NCBI GenBank assembly: GCA_963626805.1
Contig: CAVFXS010000063.1
Span: forward strand, 1,984 to 65,983
Reading direction: 5' to 3'
From: Bacteroidales bacterium H4
GTDB taxonomy: Bacteria; Bacillota; Clostridia; Lachnospirales; Lachnospiraceae
DNA: 64,000 bases
Part shown: piece after piece, positions 55,636 through 64,000 of the stretch
Layout of the letters: each line of letters starts with the position of its first letter
How positions within the stretch are numbered: the stretch's first letter is position 1
Position numbers and translations under genes: made by a program
The notes under the pieces: generated by a model
Databases searched by the model: none
The model's input: only the letters and a program-made list of their open reading frames with translations
What the model was told of the DNA's origin: nothing

Positions 55636-56871
55636 CTACTCATATCGTTCATCAATGACACGTTTTGACTTCTTTTCGCTTCGTGGCAGGACGCCCAACT
55701 CAACGACCTTGACTAACGGCGTGAAGCCGATCTTGCTCTTAACAGTAGCAGCAATGTGGTCACTTAATTCCAGGAAGTCGACACTGCCGTTGGTCTCTAC
55801 ATAGATACGCAGAGTATCCTTGCCATCCAGATGAGAAATACGGATCTGGTACTCGCTGGATACATCAGAGAACTGACGCAGAATCTCTTCAATCTGGCTA
55901 GGGAATACATTAACACCCTTGATCTTCATCATATCATCGGTACGTCCCATAATGACATCCAGACGAGGGAAGTGACTACCGCAAGGACATTCGCCAGGAA
56001 TGATCCGGGACAGGTCATGTGTACGGTAACGGATCAGTGGTGCACCTTCCTTTACCAGAGTGGTGATAACAATCTCACCCATCTCGCCGTCCGGCACCGG
56101 AGCACCTGTTTCAGGATCAATGATCTCAATGTAAATATAATCATCCCAGTAATGCATGCCGCAGTCGTGCTGGCAGCTGATACCGATGCCGGGACCGTAA
56201 ATCTCGGTCAGACCATAAATATCATATAATTCAATGCCAAGCTCGGAAGAGATTCTCTGACGCATCTTGGCACCCCAGCGTTCCGAACCGATGACGCCCT
56301 TTTTCAGATAAATCTTGTCCTTGATACCACGTTTCTCGATTTCCTCTGCCAGTAACAATGCATAAGAAGAAGTAGAGCAAAGAACCGTACTCTTCATATC
56401 CATCATCATCTGCAGCTGCTTATCGGTATTGCCGGGACCCATTGGGATAACCATGGCACCGAGCTTTTCGGCACCGTTCTGGAATCCGATACCGGCAGTC
56501 CAGAGACCGTAGCCCGGAGTTACCTGAATCCGATCCAGATTGGTAATCCCTGCCATCTCATAGCAACGTTTGAACATGATTGCCCAGTCGTCAACATCCT
56601 TGGCAGTATAAGGAATAATGATCGGGAGGCCGGTGGTACCGGAGGAAGAATGGATCCGGACGATTTTCTCTTCCGGAGCGGTCATTAATCCGAGCGGATA
56701 TGCTTCCCGTAAATCCTTTTTCTCAGAGAATGGGAGCTGTTCAAAATCTTCTGCAGAAGAAATCTTTGAAATGCCTGCTTCATGCAGCTTCTTTCCATAG
56801 AAGCTGTCAGCAGAAATCAGAGCTTCAATCTGCTTATTAACATGTGCGATTTGTGTTTCTGTAATCTTCAT
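55636..56871 (-). CDS. paaK: Phenylacetate--CoA ligase family protein
   Basis: PFSEKKDLREAYPLG, HSSSGTTGLP and YGLTE motifs. Sits downstream of iorAB, as is typical. Confidence 0.85.
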   Translation of the reverse strand: MKITETQIAHVNKQIEALISADSFYGKKLHEAGISKISSAEDFEQLPFSEKKDLREAYPLGLMTAPEEKIVRIHSSSGTTGLPIIIPYTAKDVDDWAIMFKRCYEMAGITNLDRIQVTPGYGLWTAGIGFQNGAEKLGAMVIPMGPGNTDKQLQMMMDMKSTVLCSTSSYALLLAEEIEKRGIKDKIYLKKGVIGSERWGAKMRQRISSELGIELYDIYGLTEIYGPGIGISCQHDCGMHYWDDYIYIEIIDPETGAPVPDGEMGEIVITTLVKEGAPLIRYRTHDLSRIIPGECPCGSHFPRLDVIMGRTDDMMKIKGVNVFPSQIEEILRQFSDVSSEYQIRISHLDGKDTLRIYVETNGSVDFLELSDHIAATVKSKIGFTPLVKVVELGVLPRSEKKSKRVIDERYE

Positions 56872-56916
56872 AATGCGTCCTTTCTGTTATGTTATTTTAT
56901 AATAAATGTACTTTTA

Positions 56917-57018
56917 TGCGATATTGTTTGCTGCAATAATGCTATTTACTGCAATAGCGTCATCGGTTGTAATAATGCTATCTGCGGCAATAGCATTGTC
57001 TGTTGAAATATTGCTTAC
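56917..57018. repeat. 18-nt periodic tandem repeat (alternating A/B units, so a 36-nt higher-order unit) in the iorB-paaK spacer
   Basis: Plus-strand units are TGCTGCAATAATGCTATT, TACTGCAATAGCGTCATC, GGTTGTAATAATGCTATC and TGCGGCAATAGCATTGTC, plus partial flanking units. Confidence 0.6.
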
Positions 57019-57587
57019 CGGGTATAATCGAGTGCCCGGAAGTTTAACTCATGGAACCGTTCCGGCAAGGTACGCCGGATGGCATCCTTGATATCCTCTT
57101 CGGTAAGACCGATCTCGCCGGTTCGGATAGCGGCACCGAGCAGAACCATATTTAATACCTTGGCAGAGCCGATTGCCTGGCAGGCAGCATCGCCATCAAC
57201 CAGAGTCAGATTCGGTACCTGAGCCTTCAGGTATTCGATCATTTCCTCACTATGGTAGGAGGCACCCTGCAATGTGGCAGTTACCGGCTGGATGGCACGG
57301 ATGCTGACAACTACGTGACCACCCTTGCGTAAGAATGGAAGCATACGAACAGTTTCTCCCGGTTCGAAGCCGAGGATCATATCTGCCGTTCCGCTTTGGA
57401 TCATTGGAGAATAGAGATTATCACCTAAGCGCAGATGGCTGAAAACACTTCCGCCACGCTGGGCCATACCAATCGTTTCCGCACTCATAACCGGAATGTT
57501 TTTCGCCATGGCGGCTGAGGCAATCAGCTTGGAAGCAAGCACGGTTCCCTGACCGCCGACTCCGCACAACAGAATATTCTTATTCAT
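57015..57587 (-). CDS. iorB: Indolepyruvate ferredoxin oxidoreductase subunit beta
   Basis: MNKNILLCGVGGQGTVLASKL N-terminus. GGAGG RBS, with ATG 57587 overlapping the iorA stop by 8 nt. Confidence 0.85.
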   Translation of the reverse strand: MNKNILLCGVGGQGTVLASKLIASAAMAKNIPVMSAETIGMAQRGGSVFSHLRLGDNLYSPMIQSGTADMILGFEPGETVRMLPFLRKGGHVVVSIRAIQPVTATLQGASYHSEEMIEYLKAQVPNLTLVDGDAACQAIGSAKVLNMVLLGAAIRTGEIGLTEEDIKDAIRRTLPERFHELNFRALDYTR

Positions 57588-59403
57588 GATCGTCACCTCC
57601 TGTAATCGCATGTACCGGGCATACCTGACTACATAATGTACAGCCGGTGCAGAGAGAGGAATCGATCTGAACCTGACCATCCTGGATCACAATGGCAGGA
57701 CAGCCTAATTCCCGGATACATTTCTTGCAGTTGATACAGGTCTCTGTCTTAACGTGCAACGGTTTATCCGGCTTTGTGATCGCGATGCAAGGGGACTTGA
57801 AGATGATCGCCTTGACACCCGGCTCTGCAGCAACCCGTTTCACGCAGTCAATGGAAGCAGCCAGATCCAAAGGATTCATGGTTTCTACGGTAGTCAGGCC
57901 GATTCCGCGCAGAACAGCCTCAATGCTGACCTTGGCAACGATTTCACCCATCATGGTGTGGCCGGTGCCGGGATGCGGCTGGTGTCCGGTCATCGCGGTT
58001 GTGGAATTATCCAGTACGATCAGAACCATATTGGCCTGATTATAGACTGCATTTACAACACCGGTGATCGCAGATGCGAAGAAGGTGGAATCGCCGACAA
58101 AGGCGAAACAGGTGGTATCCGGTTCTATCCGTCCGACTCCCTGTGCAATATTTAATCCGGCACCCATGCACAGACAGGTATCAACCATATCTAGAGGCAT
58201 GGCATTGCCGAGTGTATAGCAGCCGATATCACCGCAGAAAATAGTCTTTTTGCCCTGCATAGCCTTCTTTACGGCATAGAAGGAAGCGCGGTGAGGACAG
58301 CCACTACATAAAACAGGCGGACGGACCGGAAGCTCCGGTGGAGTCGGCAGAGCCTCTCGTTCCGGAAGCGGAAGCTCCAGGAAGCGGTAGAGACAGGCAC
58401 TTACACTGTCGCGGGTGTTTTCTCCCGCATTTGCCACATGATGTGTCAGCTTGCCGAGGATCTTTACCGGCAGATGATATTTACCACAGATATAGGTAAG
58501 TTCACGTTCGATGACCGGATCCAGTTCTTCGATACACAGAACCTCATCCAGCCCCTCCAGAAACCGGACAGCCAGCTGTTCCGGAAACGGATGCGGAGTG
58601 GCTACCTTCAGAGTCCGGTACATACCGATCGTCTGCATGGTTTCCATGGTATATGTAAAGCTGATGCCTCCGGTCGCGATTCCTCTGCGAACATCCGTAT
58701 GCTCCGGTGCGGCAGGTAGAATCTGATTTCTGGTATAAGAAGAGAAATCTTTTGCCAGGGTCACATTCCGGGCCTCGATCTTCTGATGGTTGGCATAGGA
58801 TAAACGTGGGAAGATGACCCAGCGCTTGGAGTCCTTGATAAAGCCTTCCGGTGTATGGATCTGATATTCGGATTCATCCTTTACGGTAATGGAGGCATAG
58901 CCGTGGCAGACACGCGTAGTCGGCCGAAGAAAGACCGGTGTTCCGTATTTCTCGGAATACTCATAAGCCTCCTGTACCATCTCATAGGCTTCCTGTGCGG
59001 ATGACGGGTCAAAGCACGGGAGCTTGGAAAAGGTGGCAAAGTGTCGGGTGTCCTGCTCGGTCTGAGAGGAGATCGGGCCCGGATCATCTGCGACCAGAAT
59101 GATCATACCGCCCTTGATACCGACATATTCAAGGCTCATTAAAGGATCGGAAGCGACATTTAATCCGACCTGTTTCATAGTAACCATAGTTCTGGCACCA
59201 CTGTAGGAGGCTCCGGCAGCCAGCTCAAGAGCAGCTTTCTCATTAACCGACCATTCTACATAGGTGTGCTCCGGGCGATGCTTTGCAATGGTTTCCAGCA
59301 CTTCTGTGGATGGTGTGCCCGGATATCCGGCCACCAGATTGACTCCGGAAGCAATGGCGCCCATAGCAATGGCAGCATTTCCCATTAAAAATTCATTGTG
59401 CAT
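57580..59403 (-). CDS. iorA: Indolepyruvate ferredoxin oxidoreductase subunit alpha
   Basis: GNAAIA...GYPGTPSTE, a TPP-binding GDIGCY...GDSTFFASA region, and two C-terminal 4Fe-4S ferredoxin motifs (CINCKKCI...C; CTGCTLCSQVCP). Confidence 0.9.
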   Translation of the reverse strand: MHNEFLMGNAAIAMGAIASGVNLVAGYPGTPSTEVLETIAKHRPEHTYVEWSVNEKAALELAAGASYSGARTMVTMKQVGLNVASDPLMSLEYVGIKGGMIILVADDPGPISSQTEQDTRHFATFSKLPCFDPSSAQEAYEMVQEAYEYSEKYGTPVFLRPTTRVCHGYASITVKDESEYQIHTPEGFIKDSKRWVIFPRLSYANHQKIEARNVTLAKDFSSYTRNQILPAAPEHTDVRRGIATGGISFTYTMETMQTIGMYRTLKVATPHPFPEQLAVRFLEGLDEVLCIEELDPVIERELTYICGKYHLPVKILGKLTHHVANAGENTRDSVSACLYRFLELPLPEREALPTPPELPVRPPVLCSGCPHRASFYAVKKAMQGKKTIFCGDIGCYTLGNAMPLDMVDTCLCMGAGLNIAQGVGRIEPDTTCFAFVGDSTFFASAITGVVNAVYNQANMVLIVLDNSTTAMTGHQPHPGTGHTMMGEIVAKVSIEAVLRGIGLTTVETMNPLDLAASIDCVKRVAAEPGVKAIIFKSPCIAITKPDKPLHVKTETCINCKKCIRELGCPAIVIQDGQVQIDSSLCTGCTLCSQVCPVHAITGGDDHE

Positions 59404-59521
59404 AATTTCACCTCTGGAATTGAAAAATTAAAACATATTAAAGAAATTATACCATCATATGAAATATGAATCCATAAAAAAATGGACAACTGTGGTTCCT
59501 GAAAAGATGCTGCTAAAACAA

Positions 59522-60388
59522 TTAACTGAGTCCGCTGCACTGTTTCCGGTATTGGGAAGGTGAGCAGCCTCTCTGCTTATGAAAGAGTCGGCTGAAATAC
59601 AGAGGATTATCATAACCGACGATCTCCGCAATTTCATTTACGGAATAATTCGTAGTCTCCAGCAGGATCTGTGCATTGGTGATACGAAGCGAGGTGAGGA
59701 ACTGTAACGGGGTAGAACCGAAATGTGTCCGGAAGCTACGGATGAACCAGCTGATGCTCATGCCTCTGGAGGTGGCATAGGCTTCAATACTGATCGGTTG
59801 ATGATAATTCTCATTGAAGTAAGAAGTCGCCAGCTCCATTTCATGCTCCATGTATTCGTTTTTCTGTACCCGTTCGCTGGTGATCTCCCGGTGTATGGTG
59901 ATCAGCAGCTGGCGGAACAGCAGAGAGAGTAGCTCTTCATAATCCGGCTGACAACGTTGCAGCTCCAGAATGATCTGTTTGAAAATACGTTCATATTCGA
60001 GTGAAGTGCCGACACGGAATACGCGCTGGTTATCCCGGAGACCGTATCGACGCAGAATGTTTTTAACATCATAACCGGTAAAATGGATCCAGTAGACCTC
60101 TGGTTTATCGGCTCCGTAATATTCATATTTCTGCAGCTCCTTCGGGCGAAACAGGACGATATTTCCGGCAGCGACAATGGTTTCATTCTCTACTGTATCG
60201 AAATGAAAATGGCCGACGCCGGAGGTGACATAGATAATCTGATAGTCCAGACGGCCTTTTGGGCGGTGGGTCGGCAGCTTAGGCTGAGTGTCCAGCCGGT
60301 AATTTCCGCAGCTGCGGATACTTAAGGGGCGGCTTTTATCTTTTACATTTGTGAGTGCATCGTGAATATAACCTGAGTTCATGTACAT
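59522..60388 (-). CDS. AraC-family transcriptional regulator
   Basis: N-terminal cupin-like sensor domain. C-terminal HTH repeats (...ISIEAYATSRGMSISWFIRSFR...VNEIAEIVGYDNPLYFSRLFHK). AAGGAGGA RBS before ATG 60388. Divergent from lacZ. Confidence 0.8.
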   Translation of the reverse strand: MYMNSGYIHDALTNVKDKSRPLSIRSCGNYRLDTQPKLPTHRPKGRLDYQIIYVTSGVGHFHFDTVENETIVAAGNIVLFRPKELQKYEYYGADKPEVYWIHFTGYDVKNILRRYGLRDNQRVFRVGTSLEYERIFKQIILELQRCQPDYEELLSLLFRQLLITIHREITSERVQKNEYMEHEMELATSYFNENYHQPISIEAYATSRGMSISWFIRSFRTHFGSTPLQFLTSLRITNAQILLETTNYSVNEIAEIVGYDNPLYFSRLFHKQRGCSPSQYRKQCSGLS

Positions 60389-60558
60389 GGCAGAATCCTC
60401 CTTATAAAGAAAGTGTATCATTTTGTGCATATTTTGTCCATGAATGTTTATGGATTTAATCACTGGAAATCGCTATGATAAATGTACAAACAAACGAAAA
60501 TGACCGATAAAAAAGAATTACACACAGGACGAAAAAAGACATAAAGGGAGGAATTATT

Positions 60559-63500
60559 ATGATTGTGCCACGTTATTATGAAGATCTTCATATCCTGCAT
60601 GAAAATACCATGCCGGCCAGAGCCTATTATGTACCGGCATCGGCTCGGATGGATGATCTGGTGGAGCACAGGGAGCAGTCAGACCGGCTGCAGCTGTTAA
60701 ACGGTAACTGGAGATTCCGGTATTTTAAGAGCATTTATGATGTAAATGAAGAATTTTACAACATGGAATATGATTGCTCCGGCTTTGATGAGATGGCAGT
60801 GCCGGGTACCTGGCAGATGGCAGGCTATGATACCCAGCAGTATACAAATATCCGGTATCCGTTTCCGTTTGATCCGCCGTATGTACCGCAGGATGTGCCG
60901 TGTGGGGCATATGTGCACACGTTTGATTATCAGCAGGAGGAGAAGGCACCGAAAGCATTCCTGAATTTTGAAGGAGTGGACAGCTGCTTCTATGTGTGGC
61001 TGAACGGTGTGTATGTAGGATACAGTCAGGTGGCACACGGAATGAGTGAGTTCGATGTGACCGCACAGATCAGGGAGGGGCGGAATACCCTTGCCGTCCT
61101 GAATCTGAAGTGGTGCGATGGCTCGTATCTGGAGGATCAGGATAAGTTCCGGATGAGTGGTATCTTCCGGGATGTTTATCTGCTGAAACGCCCGGTGCAG
61201 GCAATTCGCGATTACCATATCACAACAGAGATTGCCGGAGGTGCAGAGAAAACGGCAATCGTTCGATTGGAGCTGATAATGGATCAGGCTATGACAGAGC
61301 TGCCGGTAGAGATTCAGATCGAGGATGCATCCGGCAGAGTGGTAGCAGAGGGACAGCCGGATACACATGGAGTTGCGGAACTGGAGATAACGGATCCGCA
61401 GCTCTGGAATACAGAGAATCCGTATCTGTATACCGTAATCCTCCGGACAGAGGCAGAGACGATCACAGAACGGCTGGCATTACGGACGATCGAGATCAGG
61501 GACGGTGTGATCTGTCTGAACGGACAGAAGATAAAATTCCGGGGCGTGAACCGGCATGATTCGGATCCGTATACCGGACCGGTCGCGAATGTGGAACAGA
61601 TTCGGACGGATTTAAGACTGATGAAGCAGCATAATCTGAATGCAATCCGCTCCAGTCATTATCCGAATGCACCGTACTTCTATCAGATGTGTGAGCAATA
61701 TGGATTTCTGGTAATTAACGAGGCTGATATTGAGGCGCACGGACCGTTTATGTTGTATCGGCAGGAGGATACGGAACCGAATCGGTTTCAACGCTGGAAT
61801 GAGGAGATTGCGGATAACCCGATGTGGGAGGCTGCAATCCTCGACCGGGTACAGCAGATGGTAGAAAGAGATAAGAACCGGTTCTGCATTGTGATCTGGT
61901 CCATGGGAAATGAGAGTGCATATGGTTGTAATTTTGAGAAGGCACTGGCATGGACAAAGGCATTCGATCCTTACCGGATCACGCAGTATGAGAGTGCAAG
62001 ATATCGTAATGATAAGAAGACTTATAGCTATGAGAATCTGGATCTGTACAGTCGGATGTATCCGGCATTATCGGAGATTCGGGAATATCTGGACCGGGGT
62101 GAAAGGAAGCCGTTTCTGCTGGTGGAATATTGTCACAGCATGGGGAACGGACCGGGGGATCTGGAGGACTATTTCCGGATGATTCAGTCAGATGACCGGA
62201 TGTGCGGTGGTTTCGTGTGGGAATGGTGTGACCATGCGATTGCTGAAGGATACAGTGAGAATGGAAAGGTCCGATATCTCTATGGCGGTGATCATGGTGA
62301 GAGCATCCATGACGGAAACTTCTGCGTGGACGGTCTGGTATATCCGGATCGGCGGCCGCATACCGGGCTGTTGGAATATAAGAATGTCTATCGTCCGGCA
62401 AGAGTTGTCACATATGAGCAGGAAAGTGGCAGACTGGTACTGCACAACTATATGGATTTTGATAATCTGGAGGATTATGCAGAGATAGTGTATGAGGTGA
62501 CACTGGACGGAGTCGTGGTTCAGGAAGGACAGCTGGAAAAGGTATCCGTTGCACCGCATCAGGACGGCCAGACGCAGTTAAAGCCGGAGGTGCCACAGGC
62601 AGGGCAGGTGTATCTGAGGCTGATTTATCGCTTAAAGAAGCAGATTCCATTTATGGAGCCGAAGCAGATTCTGGGCTTTGATGAAATCCGGCTACAGAAT
62701 GCGGATGACAGGAATCAGAGAGCGGAGAGACGAATAGCAGAACTGAATCAGAAAGCATCGGAGATAAATGTTCGAGAAAACGACCGTGCCATTGTGCTGG
62801 AATCAGATGCTTTCACATATGAAATCGATAAGCGAACCGGTATGTTTACGCAGCTGCAGGTGGGCGGCAGAGATTGTCTGACACATCCGATGGAGCTTAA
62901 TATCTGGCGGGCACCGACAGACAATGACATGTACAGAAAGGTAATCTGGAGAAAGGCACATTATCATGAGGCGGCAGCCCGGGCATATCAGACGGAGATC
63001 CGGCGGGAAGAAGAAAATATCCTTGTTCGCAGCACGGCAGCCATCGTAGCACCGACGGTACAGCGGATCATGGATGTGGAGATTATATGGGAAATTACGC
63101 CGGATGGAAAGATCCATGCACACATTATCGGAAGTAAGAATCCGGAATTTCCGGAGCTGCCACGATTCGGTGTGCGGCTGTTCCTGAATAAGTATGCAGA
63201 CCGGGGGGCTTACTACGGTATGGGGCCGCAGGAGAGCTATTGTGATAAGCATCAGGGTGCCGGCCATGGCTGGTATCAGGCAAGCGTAGAAGAAATGCAT
63301 GAGGATTATATCCGGCCGCAGGAAAATGGCAGTCATTATGACTGTGATTACGTGGAGGTTACAGACGGACAGTCCGGACTGGCGGTGACAGGCAGGGCAT
63401 TTTCCGTAAATGTTTCACCATATACACAGGAAGAGCTGGAGCGGACAGCCCATAACTATGAGCTGACAGAGGCAGACAGTACCATACTCTGTCTGGACTA

Positions 63501-63621
63501 TGCATTAAACGGAATCGGTTCAAACAGCTGTGGTCCGGAGGTGGCAGAGCCATACCGGCTGGATGGAGAGAATATCGATTTTCGGTTTACATTGGTTCCG
63601 TTTAATCGGGAAAGGAGATGA
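60559..63621 (+). CDS. lacZ: Beta-galactosidase, glycoside hydrolase family 2
   Basis: 1020 aa with NRHD, WSMGNES (acid/base region), YCHSMGN and the ...EYCH... nucleophile region, plus a C-terminal small-chain domain (NGIGSNSCGP). Confidence 0.9.
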   Translation: MIVPRYYEDLHILHENTMPARAYYVPASARMDDLVEHREQSDRLQLLNGNWRFRYFKSIYDVNEEFYNMEYDCSGFDEMAVPGTWQMAGYDTQQYTNIRYPFPFDPPYVPQDVPCGAYVHTFDYQQEEKAPKAFLNFEGVDSCFYVWLNGVYVGYSQVAHGMSEFDVTAQIREGRNTLAVLNLKWCDGSYLEDQDKFRMSGIFRDVYLLKRPVQAIRDYHITTEIAGGAEKTAIVRLELIMDQAMTELPVEIQIEDASGRVVAEGQPDTHGVAELEITDPQLWNTENPYLYTVILRTEAETITERLALRTIEIRDGVICLNGQKIKFRGVNRHDSDPYTGPVANVEQIRTDLRLMKQHNLNAIRSSHYPNAPYFYQMCEQYGFLVINEADIEAHGPFMLYRQEDTEPNRFQRWNEEIADNPMWEAAILDRVQQMVERDKNRFCIVIWSMGNESAYGCNFEKALAWTKAFDPYRITQYESARYRNDKKTYSYENLDLYSRMYPALSEIREYLDRGERKPFLLVEYCHSMGNGPGDLEDYFRMIQSDDRMCGGFVWEWCDHAIAEGYSENGKVRYLYGGDHGESIHDGNFCVDGLVYPDRRPHTGLLEYKNVYRPARVVTYEQESGRLVLHNYMDFDNLEDYAEIVYEVTLDGVVVQEGQLEKVSVAPHQDGQTQLKPEVPQAGQVYLRLIYRLKKQIPFMEPKQILGFDEIRLQNADDRNQRAERRIAELNQKASEINVRENDRAIVLESDAFTYEIDKRTGMFTQLQVGGRDCLTHPMELNIWRAPTDNDMYRKVIWRKAHYHEAAARAYQTEIRREEENILVRSTAAIVAPTVQRIMDVEIIWEITPDGKIHAHIIGSKNPEFPELPRFGVRLFLNKYADRGAYYGMGPQESYCDKHQGAGHGWYQASVEEMHEDYIRPQENGSHYDCDYVEVTDGQSGLAVTGRAFSVNVSPYTQEELERTAHNYELTEADSTILCLDYALNGIGSNSCGPEVAEPYRLDGENIDFRFTLVPFNRERR

Positions 63622-64000
63622 AAGAATTGAGAACAGAAGCAGTGATTCAGGCAATTGAGAACGGAGAGTATGATGAGCGATTCTCGGAGATTTATATGGA
63701 TGCGACCCGGAGTGTACGGCAGAAAGAACGCTATATCAGAGCGGTAAAAGAATATGTCGGGCAGTTTGGAACCGGTGAGGTAGCAATATTCAGTGCACCC
63801 GGCAGAAGTGAGATCGGAGGAAATCATACTGATCATCAGCATGGGGAGGTTCTGGCGGCATCCATGAATCCGGATGCGATCGCAGTTGCAGAGAAGACGG
63901 CTGAACCGGTGGTAAGACTGGTATCCGACGGATGCGGGCAGATCATAATCTCGCTGAATGATTTACAGAAGCGGAATGAGGAGGAAGGTACTACAGAAGC
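63618..64000 (+). CDS. galK: Galactokinase, N-terminal part (runs off the window)
   Basis: The ATG overlaps the lacZ stop (ATGA). FSAPGRSEIGGNHTDHQHG is the galactokinase signature. Confidence 0.85.
   Translation, partial: MKELRTEAVIQAIENGEYDERFSEIYMDATRSVRQKERYIRAVKEYVGQFGTGEVAIFSAPGRSEIGGNHTDHQHGEVLAASMNPDAIAVAEKTAEPVVRLVSDGCGQIIISLNDLQKRNEEEGTTE

Noticed and set aside
56782-57091. Two plus-strand ORFs (74 and 61 aa) across the iorB-paaK spacer
   Set aside because: They lie on the opposite strand to the operon, lack an RBS, and are generated by the tandem repeat. The repeat itself is reported instead.
60697-61368. 223-aa minus-strand ORF (and other antisense ORFs inside lacZ)
   Set aside because: It is antisense to a clearly recognisable GH2 beta-galactosidase. 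Treated as a shadow ORF.

Overview
This 64-kb window looks like a Firmicutes/Clostridia chromosome with Lachnospiraceae-like gene content; that assignment is an inference from gene families, with no search run. All family assignments below come from motif recognition by eye, not from database searches.

**Accessory island (nt 1 to about 12,816).** By eye it is more AT-rich than the rest of the window.
- A translationally coupled three-gene operon of unknown function, cut by the left window edge (2-2524).
- A TIGR04076-like gene plus a flavoprotein gene.
- Two unknown genes (346 aa, and about 61 aa with one TM) packed directly against a gamma-class N6-adenine DNA methyltransferase (3823-6533).
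- A TM-Macro plus TIR-like gene pair that fits type II Thoeris (6681-8094).
- Conjugative-element remnants.
- A DUF4143-type AAA ATPase preceded by three copies of a 40-nt compound hairpin.
- Gene fragments and a tyrosine integrase at the right boundary.

**Mostly core genome (about 12.8-64 kb).**
- Pantothenate/CoA genes: DUF2520 gene, panB, panC, panD, a repeat lipoprotein and coaBC.
- ROK kinase, manA and a hisA-like gene.
- GH9 endoglucanase, YfhO and galU.
- A hybrid histidine kinase.
- A complete Tad/Flp pilus locus ending in an FHA protein (29.3-39.1 kb).
- dnaX-ybaB-recR and pfkA.
- Envelope and sporulation-like genes, an M18 aminopeptidase and a Ser/Thr kinase.
- A textbook ToxIN-type type III toxin-antitoxin locus: 3 x 36-nt RNA repeats, a terminator, then toxN (54.8-55.6 kb).
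- iorAB-paaK, then AraC-lacZ-galK.

**Best candidates for something undescribed.** These are the left-edge three-gene operon and the methyltransferase-coupled two-gene module. Both are supported only by operon structure and defence-island context.
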